DNA of 64,000 nucleotides from a virus. Positions 10,471 through 19,996 of this stretch are shown here, one piece after another (the stretch's first letter is position 1; every line of letters starts with the position of its first letter). The notes below the pieces were generated by a model. It did no database searches and was not told where the DNA came from. It was given only the letters and a program-made list of their open reading frames with translations. Location of the stretch: positions 65,830 through 129,829 of IMG/VR virus record IMGVR_UViG_3300017917_001940; one strand, written 5' to 3'. A program made the position numbers and the translations under genes.

Positions 10471-10809
10471 ATGTCAGCATTCGCTTATGTAGCCAAATAT
10501 TCTCCCAGTACTGGAAAGTTCACTGGGCGTAGTAAGTATTGGGAAATTGACGCCACTGCAAAATGGGTGGAGTATAGTTTGGACATTGTAGACATGAACA
10601 AACTGTTAATGGTTTCTAACTTTAATGACAAGATGGATTTGCTTGCCGCATTAGACGTAGCAGAACAGCGTCGTAAGCGTATGTATGATCATCCAAACTT
10701 TGATTTGAAAGAAGCCACTGACTGGTTCCGTTTGGTTAAAGATCGTCCTAAGCTCTCAATTAGCAACAAGAAAAAACAAGACGTAGTTAAGAAAAAGAAA
10801 CGCAAGTAA
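10471..10809 (+). CDS. hypothetical protein with a basic C-terminus
   Basis: 112 aa ORF with AGGAGG RBS. Confidence 0.8.
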   Translation: MSAFAYVAKYSPSTGKFTGRSKYWEIDATAKWVEYSLDIVDMNKLLMVSNFNDKMDLLAALDVAEQRRKRMYDHPNFDLKEATDWFRLVKDRPKLSISNKKKQDVVKKKKRK

Positions 10810-10815
10810 TGTATA

Positions 10816-11040
10816 ATGTATAAGGTATACTGGACAGGCCCAACAGATGAACCCTGTGCTCAAAACTTTGAGGACATGAGTGAGGCTCTGCAACACGCAG
10901 AGTTTCTACGTTCATCTGGTCGTAGGTTTGTTACTATGGTCAGTGAGAACCCTGATTCGGTGGGCAAACCGGGTGTGGACAGTGTGAAACATGGCCTGCT
11001 ACCTGATGGTGAGCTATATACTTGGAAGAAACGTAGATAA
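10816..11040 (+). CDS. hypothetical protein
   Basis: 74 aa ORF, translationally coupled. Confidence 0.75.
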   Translation: MYKVYWTGPTDEPCAQNFEDMSEALQHAEFLRSSGRRFVTMVSENPDSVGKPGVDSVKHGLLPDGELYTWKKRR

Positions 11041-11243
11041 TGGGACTAGGTCCTCCGGTTTGTACCAAATGTATGGTCATAGGACAGCTCAGTGGAGGTA
11101 CTTGGGTTTGCCCTGTATGTTATAGCGTACGGTTAGGTAATCATTTGTGGGAGTTCACAGAAGAATATCAAAAGCGTTTTGAGGACAATACTAAATTTAT
11201 GAAATTCGTGCAAGGAAAAGATGAGACTGGCAATAGCGAGTGA
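11040..11243 (+). CDS. small zinc-ribbon protein
   Basis: CTKC...CPVC. Confidence 0.7.
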   Translation: MGLGPPVCTKCMVIGQLSGGTWVCPVCYSVRLGNHLWEFTEEYQKRFEDNTKFMKFVQGKDETGNSE

Positions 11244-12042
11244 TCTCCACATTGAGTTTGGAGATATTATTTTAGACAACATTGTCACCAAGGCTGATGT
11301 ATTGATTCTTGCTGGCGACATCTGCATGCTCAAGGACTTGGACAAGCAAAGTGAACGTGGCGATCGTACACGCAACTTCTTCCAGCGTGTGAGCCAAAAC
11401 TTTCCACGAGTGCTGTATGTCATGGGTAACCACGAACATTATGGCGGTGACTTTGCCAAGGGTCGTGAACGGTTTCAAACATTCTGCGACAAGCATCATA
11501 TTTTTAATATTACCTTGTTGGAAAAAGACACAGTGACTATCGATGGATATGAGTTTATTGGTGGTACGCTATGGACAGATTTCAACGACATGGATTCCAT
11601 GACCATGTTCAACGCAGAACAGATGATGAATGATTATAAGGGTGTGAAGAACAGCAACGACACAGTAAGTTGGAAATTCTTGCCCAAGCATGCCTTACGT
11701 GATCACTGCTCTATGCGTGGATACCTACAGACTTGTATGGACAACTACAAAGAGTCAGGTCGCACAGACAACAAGATTGTTGTGATAACTCATCACGCAC
11801 CAAGTGCCTTGAGTATTCATGAGAAGTATGCTCATGATACACTGATGAATGGTAACTTCCACAGCAAGATGGACGAGTTTATTCTAAACAATCCACAGAT
11901 CCAACTTTGGTGCCATGGTCATATGCACGACCCATTTGATTATGGCATTGGTGGTACTCGTGTGGTATGTAATCCACGTGGCTATATACAATACGAACAG
12001 CGGGCACAGGAGTTTGAACTACAAGTGGTGGAGTTGTTTTGA
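11221..12042 (+). CDS. calcineurin-like metallophosphoesterase
   Basis: SDLHIE, AGD, GNHE, HHAP, HGHMH. Confidence 0.92.
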   Translation: MRLAIASDLHIEFGDIILDNIVTKADVLILAGDICMLKDLDKQSERGDRTRNFFQRVSQNFPRVLYVMGNHEHYGGDFAKGRERFQTFCDKHHIFNITLLEKDTVTIDGYEFIGGTLWTDFNDMDSMTMFNAEQMMNDYKGVKNSNDTVSWKFLPKHALRDHCSMRGYLQTCMDNYKESGRTDNKIVVITHHAPSALSIHEKYAHDTLMNGNFHSKMDEFILNNPQIQLWCHGHMHDPFDYGIGGTRVVCNPRGYIQYEQRAQEFELQVVELF

Positions 12043-12230
12043 GTACTACTATCAAGTCACTTGGTATACAGTATACTGATTGGAAACCTTGGTTTGCTTG
12101 GAGACCAGTGCGAACTGATAGTGGACAATGGTTGTGGGGTCGACGTATATACCGTAGATATTGCTGGGCTTTTATCAAGCGGTATGGTATGTGGGAATAC
12201 GGCACTGAATTTGACACGTTAAAAGGTTGA
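12039..12230 (+). CDS. small Trp-rich hypothetical protein
   Basis: WKPWFAWRPV motif; TTG start overlapping the upstream stop. Confidence 0.65.
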   Translation: MSTTIKSLGIQYTDWKPWFAWRPVRTDSGQWLWGRRIYRRYCWAFIKRYGMWEYGTEFDTLKG

Positions 12231-12255
12231 CCAGAATTTACCGATTTGCTATAAT
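12227..12255 (+). promoter_or_regulatory. sigma70-type early promoter
   Basis: TTGACC-N17-TATAAT. Confidence 0.85.
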
Positions 12256-12261
12256 ACTATT

Positions 12262-12618
12262 ATGAAAATACTACAAGAAATCACACAATGGGATACCCCA
12301 AACCATATCTACTTTACCAACGACAGTAAAGACAAGATGTTTGCTTACATCCGGGCAAGTGGTAAGACTGTAGAAAAATTTAAAGTGCCCATGCCGTTCA
12401 AGGTATCGGGTCGCAAGTTCAAAGAAATTGAAAATACTTTTGGTTATTCAGTTGATGATAAACCAGACGTACAAGTAACCGGCAAACAATATCAAGTTCC
12501 GGGTAGTAAAGGTGCCATCTATACTGTTACAGACGATAATGGATCTTGGACTTGTACTTGCCCAGCATCAAAATGGCAGAAGGGCGAGTGTAAGCATATT
12601 ATTGCTTTAAAGAGTTAA
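12262..12618 (+). CDS. SWIM zinc-finger protein
   Basis: WTCTCPASKWQKGECKH (CxC...CxH). Confidence 0.8.
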   Translation: MKILQEITQWDTPNHIYFTNDSKDKMFAYIRASGKTVEKFKVPMPFKVSGRKFKEIENTFGYSVDDKPDVQVTGKQYQVPGSKGAIYTVTDDNGSWTCTCPASKWQKGECKHIIALKS

Positions 12619-13217
12619 CCAATATACCAGTTAGTACCGTTAGACCACACTGGCACAGTATTGCCAGAACCACCTACATATAGATTACCCCAAGTAATTA
12701 TATCAGCATCCGACACAAATGCTCTAGCACCTGGGCCAACTCCTGAAGCACTCGGAATATTTCCAGTTGCATAAACATGAGATACAGTCACACCGTTGGT
12801 TAATACGTTCCCGGCTGTGATGTTACCCGTAGGAGTGGTAATGTTGCCCATTTCGATAATGTCACCGGCGACTGTCAAATTGCCAGCAACTGTGATATCT
12901 TCATTAACAGTAAGATATCTTGTATAAACAGTATTCCACTGTTTAGTTGAAGATCCTAGACTCTGTATATTATTACCATTTGGTACAATATCAACATTGG
13001 CCACTACTTTACCTATGCCGTTTGGCGCCAAATATAAATTACCGTTGGTATTAACAGTTAAAATAGAATTGTTTGAGAAGTTAATGTTTGATGTTACAAC
13101 CCCAGTTGCCCAAACATTTGAAAAATTGTCGTTTACATAGTTAAACGCGGTGCGTAATGGATCACCAGTGCCATCGTTAGCAACTGCTCCAATATCGATA
13201 ATAATTTGATTTGCCAT
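12615..13217 (-). CDS. short virion fibre/baseplate protein with a T4 gp9/gp10-like N-terminus
   Basis: IDIGAVANDGTGDPLRTAF...NDNF; TAAATA late motif upstream (13241-13246, minus strand). Confidence 0.7.
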   Translation of the reverse strand: MANQIIIDIGAVANDGTGDPLRTAFNYVNDNFSNVWATGVVTSNINFSNNSILTVNTNGNLYLAPNGIGKVVANVDIVPNGNNIQSLGSSTKQWNTVYTRYLTVNEDITVAGNLTVAGDIIEMGNITTPTGNITAGNVLTNGVTVSHVYATGNIPSASGVGPGARAFVSDADIITWGNLYVGGSGNTVPVWSNGTNWYIG

Positions 13218-13344
13218 AGGTAGATTTTAGCCTTTTTTGTTATTTATGGTAAAGTTGCTAGGCAAACCCACTTGACCATGGCTGAAAAACATGTAATAAT
13301 AGCATCATGCTGTTTAAGACAGCTCTTGTTAAGAAAGGTAAATT

Positions 13345-13614
13345 ATGAAACATTTTAATCCAGAAACAAAGACGTTCAAGGTATTTCAAGCACTACAATC
13401 TGGTAAGGCTTTGACAGCTAGCCAGGCTTCTAAAATGGGTATCAAAAACTTGTCAGCAGAAGTTAGCCGTATCCGTTCAAACGGTTTCGCTGTGTACACA
13501 AACACACGCAAAGCTGGTAACGGTGTTCAGGTTACAGAATACGTTTTGGGCCGCCCATCACGTAAATTGGTAGCACTTGGCTACAAAGCTCAAGCATTGG
13601 GCATCACTCTTTAA
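13345..13614 (+). CDS. winged helix-turn-helix protein
   Basis: LQSGKALTASQA...NLSAEVSRIRSNGFAV. Confidence 0.7.
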   Translation: MKHFNPETKTFKVFQALQSGKALTASQASKMGIKNLSAEVSRIRSNGFAVYTNTRKAGNGVQVTEYVLGRPSRKLVALGYKAQALGITL

Positions 13615-13670
13615 TATTCTTTAAAGAGCCGGGATCGCTGTTCAAGTCAAACTGAACACCCCGTAAATAC

Positions 13671-13692
13671 AAGGGCCTTAGGGCCCTTTTTT
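13671..13692. terminator. intrinsic terminator, possibly bidirectional
   Basis: AAGGGCC-TTAG-GGCCCTT-TTTT; the stop codon of the convergent GIY-YIG gene lies in the loop. Confidence 0.8.
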
Positions 13693-14229
13693 CTTTGTAA
13701 GTCCTCGATACCATCCATGACCCGGACACTCAAATGACATAGTATTTTGTGCTCCGTTGGTCCAACGTTTTTTACCCTTTTGAGAGGGTGGGCAGGATCC
13801 ATTAGACAACGATGCTTGTCTAAGTTTTTCTCGTTTACTATCGGTCATTTGGGCGCGAGTTTTAAGGCTTTTGAGCCACTCTGGGTTGTTTAATCTTTCT
13901 TGGGCTTTTCTACTCATTTTGGCCCTTGTTATAGGACCTTGTCGGGCACCGTCTCCACCATCTGTTCGATTTCGTAAAATACCTGTTCCATTGTCTTTTC
14001 TGCCCCACCAACTGATTAAACGTCGTTCAATAGCAAGTGCTCCTATTTCAGTGAGATTAGATTCTAATATAATGATATTGATTGGATCTTTTGGGACAGG
14101 AATTCGATATCCGTGTTTTTCCCAAGCTCGTCTCCCGGACCCTTTCCCGATATAGTATGGTGTACCTATTGAGCCGGATTCAGAATCCTTATTTCGTATG
14201 TAGGCGTAGACGTAGTAAATATTATTCAT
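13678..14229 (-). mobile_element. GIY-YIG (Seg-like) homing endonuclease gene
   Basis: YYVYAY...PYYIGKG...R...E...[10 protein letters not shown]; basic C-terminal DNA-binding region; late motif upstream. Confidence 0.85.
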
Positions 14230-14303
14230 GCTGTAACTCCTATTCAGTTATAGAGCGGGTGGATGTTGGTAGCATCGCGATTCGCACCTTTATTTATGCC
14301 CGG

Positions 14304-14332
14304 TTGACCGGAATCTCCACTTTTGCTATAAT
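14304..14332 (+). promoter_or_regulatory. sigma70-type early promoter
   Basis: TTGACC-N17-TATAAT. Confidence 0.85.
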
Positions 14333-14362
14333 ATACATATATTAAGATTTTAGGAGAATATC

Positions 14363-14917
14363 ATCCCCAACTGGTGCTCTAACACATTAGTGCTTGAACA
14401 CGAAGATCCAACACAAATCGAAAGAGCTGTTGAAGGGTTTAAACGTGGAGAGCTATTACAAACCTTAGTCCCAAACCCAAGTGGTGAATGGGACTACAGT
14501 TGGTCCGTAGATAACTGGGGGTGTAAGTGGGACGTAGGTGGTGATACAGATCCTGTGATTACCAATCCAAATATGGTGACCTTTGTGTTTGATTCGGCTT
14601 GGGCACCACCAATCGCGGCATATGAAAAACTGTACGATCAAGGGTTTAAAATCTATGCCATGTATTATGAATCAGGCATGGCATTCGCTGGTATCTGGGA
14701 AGATGGGTATGATGATTACTATGAATTCTCAGACATGAACAGTGGCGAAGTTGCTGACATGCTACCGCAGGAATTGGACAATGAATTTGGTATCAGCGAA
14801 TGTATGGCTGAATACGAAGCCGAAGATGAAGAACCACTTACTGAGTGGTATGAGCAAGGTGTAGAGGACAAAGGTTTAGCACCACATACACTTGATAAGG
14901 AAGAACCAAATGATTGA
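14363..14917 (+). CDS. DUF1281/YubB ferredoxin-like family protein with an apparent ATC start
   Basis: In-frame ATC-CCC-AAC-TGG-TGC (IPNWC) 6 nt after AGGAG; family motifs NWGCKWDV and FDSAWAPP. Confidence 0.7.
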   Translation: MPNWCSNTLVLEHEDPTQIERAVEGFKRGELLQTLVPNPSGEWDYSWSVDNWGCKWDVGGDTDPVITNPNMVTFVFDSAWAPPIAAYEKLYDQGFKIYAMYYESGMAFAGIWEDGYDDYYEFSDMNSGEVADMLPQELDNEFGISECMAEYEAEDEEPLTEWYEQGVEDKGLAPHTLDKEEPND

Positions 14918-15083
14918 GTTTATTCTTTGGATGCTGGTTGGATTCGTTATACTGATATTTGCCGGGATTATCTTAGGGTTTGTTGGTGCCAGTGTTTACG
15001 ACGCCTGGTATCAACGAAAATATGCCGTATGGATAGCACTACAAGAGGATCACAATCAACCGCGAAGACCTGTGGCAAAATAA
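14910..15083 (+). CDS. small membrane protein
   Basis: Hydrophobic N-terminal helix. Confidence 0.65.
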   Translation: MIEFILWMLVGFVILIFAGIILGFVGASVYDAWYQRKYAVWIALQEDHNQPRRPVAK

Positions 15084-15092
15084 GGAGTTGAT

Positions 15093-15200
15093 ATGACCCA
15101 GAAAGACGTAGTTGAATGGCTTGAAATAATTGCAGGTTGTTTTAGAGCCGTTGTTTGGATTGTTGCCTTTATGGCCTTGTGTAAGTACGTATTTTACTAG
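15093..15200 (+). CDS. 35 aa membrane peptide (absent from the ORF track)
   Basis: AAGGAG RBS; MTQKDVVEWLEIIAGCFRAVVWIVAF... Confidence 0.6.
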   Translation: MTQKDVVEWLEIIAGCFRAVVWIVAFMALCKYVFY

Positions 15201-15208
15201 GAGAGAAA

Positions 15209-15577
15209 ATGACAGAATATCTTGAAGCATTTGGTACTACCCTTGTTGTTTTTGGTGTTGTTCTCTATGCGGTCATGTGGTTGATCGCACAGTGGCTCAA
15301 ACGAGTGAACACTCGATTAGAAGCACAACTTGAAGCAATCCAAGAGGCCATTGAATCTAAATTTATCCAGTTAGATGTTGAGATTGACAACGGCATCTAT
15401 TACTGCTATAATATAAAGGATCATGAATTTATATGCCAAGGTTCTACAGCCCGAGAGATCAAGGATGCGTTTGATGCTCGATTCCCAGGTAAAGTGGCTA
15501 TCTTGAACAATGCTGACCGTGAGGAATTGGCTGACTTAAAAGCACAAATATTGGAGATGAAAACAAGTGAAAGCTAA
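15209..15577 (+). CDS. hypothetical membrane-anchored protein
   Basis: N-terminal TM helix; GGAG RBS. Confidence 0.75.
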   Translation: MTEYLEAFGTTLVVFGVVLYAVMWLIAQWLKRVNTRLEAQLEAIQEAIESKFIQLDVEIDNGIYYCYNIKDHEFICQGSTAREIKDAFDARFPGKVAILNNADREELADLKAQILEMKTSES

Positions 15578-16208
15578 AATTGGACCTTATTTGAATTTTA
15601 TTGGAGCATATCAAATCGCTGATATGATCTTTTTCTGGCAGGAAAAATATCCTGATGATAACTCAGTGTTTGATCGTTGGGATTATAAACTACACGATCG
15701 TTTCGCTACATGGTTGGCCGGCACTTGGGTTCAAGATTTCTGCGAATGGATTTATAAAAAACGCAAACGCACAGTCAAAATAAAGATTGACTACTATGAT
15801 GTATGGAGTGCTGACCATACACTGGCATTGGTTATCAAACCTGTGTTAGAGCAACTTAAAGAAGTCAAACATGGGTATGGTTGGATTGATGATGTGGATG
15901 TTCCTGAAGAATTGCGTAGCACAGCACCAGGTGCTAGAGATGGGTTAGAATATGAACACGATTGGGATCACAATGCTGAAAAGCGTTATGACTATGTGCT
16001 AGATGAAATGATCTGGGCATTTACCCAACTAACTGACGATACTAGCGAAGACAAGTTCTACGATCACTCCGAGAGTGAAAAAGAAAAAGACTTCATGGAA
16101 TCTATTAAAAAGTTAAAAGTTGATCGCGAAGGATTAAAAGCACACCAAGAGCGTGTGACTAACGGCATTAGATTATTTGGCCGATACTATCAAACATTGT
16201 GGGACTAA
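15567..16208 (+). CDS. conserved phage hypothetical protein
   Basis: DVWSADHTLA...YVLDEMIWAF...LFGRYYQTLWD. Confidence 0.8.
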   Translation: MKAKIGPYLNFIGAYQIADMIFFWQEKYPDDNSVFDRWDYKLHDRFATWLAGTWVQDFCEWIYKKRKRTVKIKIDYYDVWSADHTLALVIKPVLEQLKEVKHGYGWIDDVDVPEELRSTAPGARDGLEYEHDWDHNAEKRYDYVLDEMIWAFTQLTDDTSEDKFYDHSESEKEKDFMESIKKLKVDREGLKAHQERVTNGIRLFGRYYQTLWD

Positions 16209-16209
16209 T

Positions 16210-16965
16210 ATGGACAAGACTACAGATAATGATTTAAAAAAACTCTTCGAAAGTATTCATCAAGCATACATGGAGGATGATGATGCTTGGCCAATTCCAG
16301 GCATGGGCGATAAAAACTCTAAAGGTCCCAAGGCCAGCTTTCCTGATGATCCACTGGCATTGAGTTGTGCTAGTTATCGCTTGTACAAGAACGAGCCACA
16401 ACGCAGATTTACCAACATTGAGCTGGTCAAAGCCACTCAAGAAGATCGTACACACGCACAGGCTATTCGTAGTTACTACACTCAACGCTATACAATGAAA
16501 GCGTTGAAGGGCACTCAACTTACTGACTATCAGAAGAAAACTGCTGAGTTCTTGAGTGGATTATATCATTTGACCACAGAAGAAATTGGTTTATTGTATA
16601 AGTTACCTTACTTCTACGAAGAAGATCAGTTGATTGAGCAAGTGGTTGAACAGACTACAAGTTATCAACCCAAGGTGACACCACTGGCGGCAGAGTTGAA
16701 AGATTTAACAGAATATGAACTTACACCATTGCTTAAGATTCTTGTAAGTCGCAAGGGTGCTGAGTTTAATCACTTTTATTTTAAAGATCAAAATAATCAT
16801 GCTGTGGTGATTCCTTGTCCTAACAATGATCGTTTTAGTTATACCTTGCATGGTTTGTTCAAACAGCCAAAACTACGAGTTAGAGCATATGCTAATATGA
16901 CCAAGATGGAAGGTGATACACCACACGTGGCTATTAAACTAACCGCATGGGAACTTGTATTCTGA
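16210..16965 (+). CDS. hypothetical protein
   Basis: ~251 aa ORF. Confidence 0.75.
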   Translation: MDKTTDNDLKKLFESIHQAYMEDDDAWPIPGMGDKNSKGPKASFPDDPLALSCASYRLYKNEPQRRFTNIELVKATQEDRTHAQAIRSYYTQRYTMKALKGTQLTDYQKKTAEFLSGLYHLTTEEIGLLYKLPYFYEEDQLIEQVVEQTTSYQPKVTPLAAELKDLTEYELTPLLKILVSRKGAEFNHFYFKDQNNHAVVIPCPNNDRFSYTLHGLFKQPKLRVRAYANMTKMEGDTPHVAIKLTAWELVF

Positions 16966-17456
16966 CCAAGAAGAAAAAGTCAAACTTAGCTGACGGACGT
17001 ACAAGTTTTGACGCAGAAGTTGGCAACACGTTAGTAGAGTTCATCAATAGGAACGTTACTCCGTATCCTGTTGAGGTTGGAGCACCAAAGTTTGATCTTA
17101 TACCTGTTGAGAAGCAAAAAGATATCATGGTCAATGTGGCCAGAATGCATGCTCAACAAGAATATGATCGTATCATGCAGTTGGTTGCGGTATTACAGCA
17201 ACAGGCCGCACAGTTAAAGCGTAGGTTAGATATTACTGACATGGTACATGCGGCACGATATGAGTTTCAAATATACCACGGTCAGTTTTATTGGTTGGTT
17301 AACGATCTCAAGCGTGGTGGAACAAGGTTAACGCATACTGGTCCAGAGGATTGGACCGTGGGTGCACCAGTAGAGTATGAATATATTTGTAGAGTAAAAT
17401 GGTTGGGTGATTATACCTGGGTTGAAGTTGATAGCGAAGGAAGGGATGTAGGGTGA
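16947..17456 (+). CDS. hypothetical protein (DUF2452-like)
   Basis: TPYPVEVGAPKF...GQFYWL...LGDYTW. Confidence 0.65.
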   Translation: MGTCILTKKKKSNLADGRTSFDAEVGNTLVEFINRNVTPYPVEVGAPKFDLIPVEKQKDIMVNVARMHAQQEYDRIMQLVAVLQQQAAQLKRRLDITDMVHAARYEFQIYHGQFYWLVNDLKRGGTRLTHTGPEDWTVGAPVEYEYICRVKWLGDYTWVEVDSEGRDVG

Positions 17457-17770
17457 GAAAATATATTAAACCTGGAAAGAAAAAAAGCACAGGAGGTATT
17501 TGGGATTATGCCAAATATCATCCACATCCATATACGCCTAAACAGCGTAAGAAGATCAAGGAAACCTTGACATTTATTGCTGAGTGGTCGGCTACAGCGG
17601 TCATGATCATCGCCGCGGTGGGCATTGTGCAAAAGTGGCCCGTGACCATATGGATTCTTAATACTGGTTGCGTACTTTGGTTATTAACCGCATGGCTCAA
17701 ACGTGAGTGGAGTTTGTTTACTGTGAACTTTGTTTTGTTGGCTGTTTACTTTTATGGATTGTTTGTATGA
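17453..17770 (+). CDS. membrane protein (three hydrophobic segments)
   Basis: Hydrophobic C-terminal half. Confidence 0.65.
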   Translation: MRKYIKPGKKKSTGGIWDYAKYHPHPYTPKQRKKIKETLTFIAEWSATAVMIIAAVGIVQKWPVTIWILNTGCVLWLLTAWLKREWSLFTVNFVLLAVYFYGLFV

Positions 17771-18006
17771 TCAATGGCCCGTGGCAGTTTGATGGAACTT
17801 CTTTTAATAAGTTAGATCAATATAAAACAGTGAGTCCCGAGGATTATGAAGATTGGAAAAAACAGTTTACAGTCGATGCTTTATTTGGTATCCGCTACGG
17901 ACAGAGCTTCTGCAATCGCTTCGGCATTACCGACAACCTACTATACTTTACAAAAGAACATGAATGGTGCGATAGATATATCAAAGACAAATATGTTACC
18001 CGATAA
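17767..18006 (+). CDS. hypothetical protein
   Basis: RYGQSFCNRFGI motif; ATGA overlap. Confidence 0.65.
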   Translation: MINGPWQFDGTSFNKLDQYKTVSPEDYEDWKKQFTVDALFGIRYGQSFCNRFGITDNLLYFTKEHEWCDRYIKDKYVTR

Positions 18007-18217
18007 TGAATTTAAGTATCCCGTGACCATACCTTGGAGTCCAAGATTAGATACTATGTCTGCTTGGAATGAAGTATGTGCCCAAGGTATGGAACTGTTT
18101 GGCCTACCTGGAAATCGTTACATGACCGAAGCCAATGTCAACGACATGACTTGGTGGTTTAAAGATGAGAAAGATGCATTATTAATGATGCTAAAATTTA
18201 GCGAGGCTGTGTGTTAG
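17993..18217 (+). CDS. small protein of the Fx[D/E]...LK[WFY] paralog family
   Basis: WNEVC...FG...WWFKDEKDALLMMLKF. Confidence 0.7.
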   Translation: MLPDNEFKYPVTIPWSPRLDTMSAWNEVCAQGMELFGLPGNRYMTEANVNDMTWWFKDEKDALLMMLKFSEAVC

Positions 18218-18831
18218 ACAAGATTGTTAAAGTTGAGCCCACAAGCCCTGCAATAGCACTCACCTGGATGATCGGATCCAGGTGTAATTATGCCTGTTCA
18301 TATTGCCCAGATGAATATCATGATATGACCAGTCCTCATCCAGATTTAGATAAACTTAAATCTGCGTGGGATTCATTTTACAGTAAAACTCAACATATTG
18401 GATTACCATATAAGTTAAGTTTCACCGGTGGAGAAGTTACAGCTAATAAAAGTTTTTTGCCTTTGGTAGAATATCTTAACCAAGAAAACTTCAATATCAA
18501 ACAATTGATGATTACAACCAATGGTAGTGCCAGTGAAAATTATTATCGAAAATTAGCCACTGTGGTTACAGATATTAGTTTTAGTACGCACAGTGAATTT
18601 TTTAATGAGGCAGAGTTTTTTACTAAAGTTCGGGCTATCAATGAGATTATGATTCGTCCAAAAAAAAGTGTTCATGTAAACATTATGGATGAGTGGTGGA
18701 ATCAAGATCGAATCAGTCTATATCAAGAATGGTTAGACAAGAATAATATTAGTTACACTGTGAATAAAATTGAATATATTCGTAATGTTGAACCGATAAA
18801 CAATGGAGTTAAGAACATTGAATCAATTTGA
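18211..18831 (+). CDS. radical SAM protein (short, core only)
   Basis: CNYACSYC, FTGGE, TTNG. Confidence 0.9.
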   Translation: MLDKIVKVEPTSPAIALTWMIGSRCNYACSYCPDEYHDMTSPHPDLDKLKSAWDSFYSKTQHIGLPYKLSFTGGEVTANKSFLPLVEYLNQENFNIKQLMITTNGSASENYYRKLATVVTDISFSTHSEFFNEAEFFTKVRAINEIMIRPKKSVHVNIMDEWWNQDRISLYQEWLDKNNISYTVNKIEYIRNVEPINNGVKNIESI

Positions 18832-19123
18832 GAATCAGTCTAATTACAACTGCAAGATAACACTAGATTCCGGTGATGAGTATCTTGTGTACGCTAATTG
18901 GATTCATAACCAAGGATTAGATCATTGGAATGGATGGTCTTGTGATGCTGGACATACTAGATTTTATATAGATAAAAATTTCGACATTTGGTCCGGTGAA
19001 TGCCGAAATGACAAGTTAGGTAATGTTCTAGGTGATTGGAACATTCAAACAGATACTATTTGTAAACAAGAAACCTGTACTGGATGTACTGATGATTTAA
19101 TTGCGAGAAAGCATGCTAGATAG
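18803..19123 (+). CDS. stand-alone SPASM/twitch-like Fe-S domain
   Basis: CDAG...GEC...ICKQETCTGC. Confidence 0.65.
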   Translation: MELRTLNQFENQSNYNCKITLDSGDEYLVYANWIHNQGLDHWNGWSCDAGHTRFYIDKNFDIWSGECRNDKLGNVLGDWNIQTDTICKQETCTGCTDDLIARKHAR

Positions 19124-19559
19124 TAGAAATTTATATTTTGCTTATGGAGCCAATATTTGTGCTGATGCTATGGCATGGCGTTGCCCATTGGCTGAACCCG
19201 TCGGTGCATTTGAACTACGTGATTGGCAATTAGAGTTTTACAGTCATGCAACTATTGTTCCTAAACGTGGATCAAGTGTACATGGTGTACTTTGGAACCT
19301 AACTGACTCATGTGAAAAGTCCCTAGATGCATTTGAGGGTTACCCAACGTACTATACCAAACGCACCTACTACCAAGATGGTCATTGGTTCTTCTTTTAT
19401 GAGATGAGTGATTATAAACAAGGAATGCCTAGCGAAGGCTATATACACGGAATAGCCAATGGTTATCATCAGTGGCAATTACCACAACGACGTTTACAAG
19501 AAGCACTAGACCGTACATATGAATTACACAGTAACCATAGACAATATCAGCGCAGTTGA
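19113..19559 (+). CDS. gamma-glutamylcyclotransferase (AIG2-like)
   Basis: LYFAYGAN...VHGVLW...LDAFEGYP. Confidence 0.88.
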   Translation: MLDSRNLYFAYGANICADAMAWRCPLAEPVGAFELRDWQLEFYSHATIVPKRGSSVHGVLWNLTDSCEKSLDAFEGYPTYYTKRTYYQDGHWFFFYEMSDYKQGMPSEGYIHGIANGYHQWQLPQRRLQEALDRTYELHSNHRQYQRS

Positions 19560-19746
19560 GGCCATAGCAATTAAGCACACGCTGACAGATGAATGGCAAC
19601 TGATAGATGGGCGAGACTTTGATTGGTATTGGTATCCTACCACCTTAGATGACACAGGATGGTTAGTTGCTAGACCACAACATGCAGAATTTAGATTTTG
19701 CGATGAAGCACGTGCAACATTTTTTCAATTAAAATACGTCAAGTGA
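19519..19746 (+). CDS. small protein of the Fx[D/E]...LK[WFY] family
   Basis: FRFCDEARATFFQLKY. Confidence 0.7.
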   Translation: MNYTVTIDNISAVEAIAIKHTLTDEWQLIDGRDFDWYWYPTTLDDTGWLVARPQHAEFRFCDEARATFFQLKYVK

Positions 19747-19979
19747 TATTAGATAAACCCTTAACATTTAGAGACAAACAGAGCTTCAAACACGCTCAAG
19801 AGATCGCCAAACCATTTGGCGTGATTGAGGAAGTGTTGGCTTGGTGTAAAAGTGAACTACGTGACGAGTTCAGGTGGCAGTTAGTTGAGATGTCAAGTGA
19901 TATTAAACCCGGCCGGTATATATTTTACTTTGATGATGAACGCGATTATTTGGCCTTTGTGCTAAAATGGGCTGGTTAG
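19743..19979 (+). CDS. small protein of the Fx[D/E]...LK[WFY] family
   Basis: WCKSE...RW...FYFDDERDYLAFVLKW. Confidence 0.72.
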   Translation: MILDKPLTFRDKQSFKHAQEIAKPFGVIEEVLAWCKSELRDEFRWQLVEMSSDIKPGRYIFYFDDERDYLAFVLKWAG

Positions 19980-19996
19980 TAAGCACTAACTTGTGG

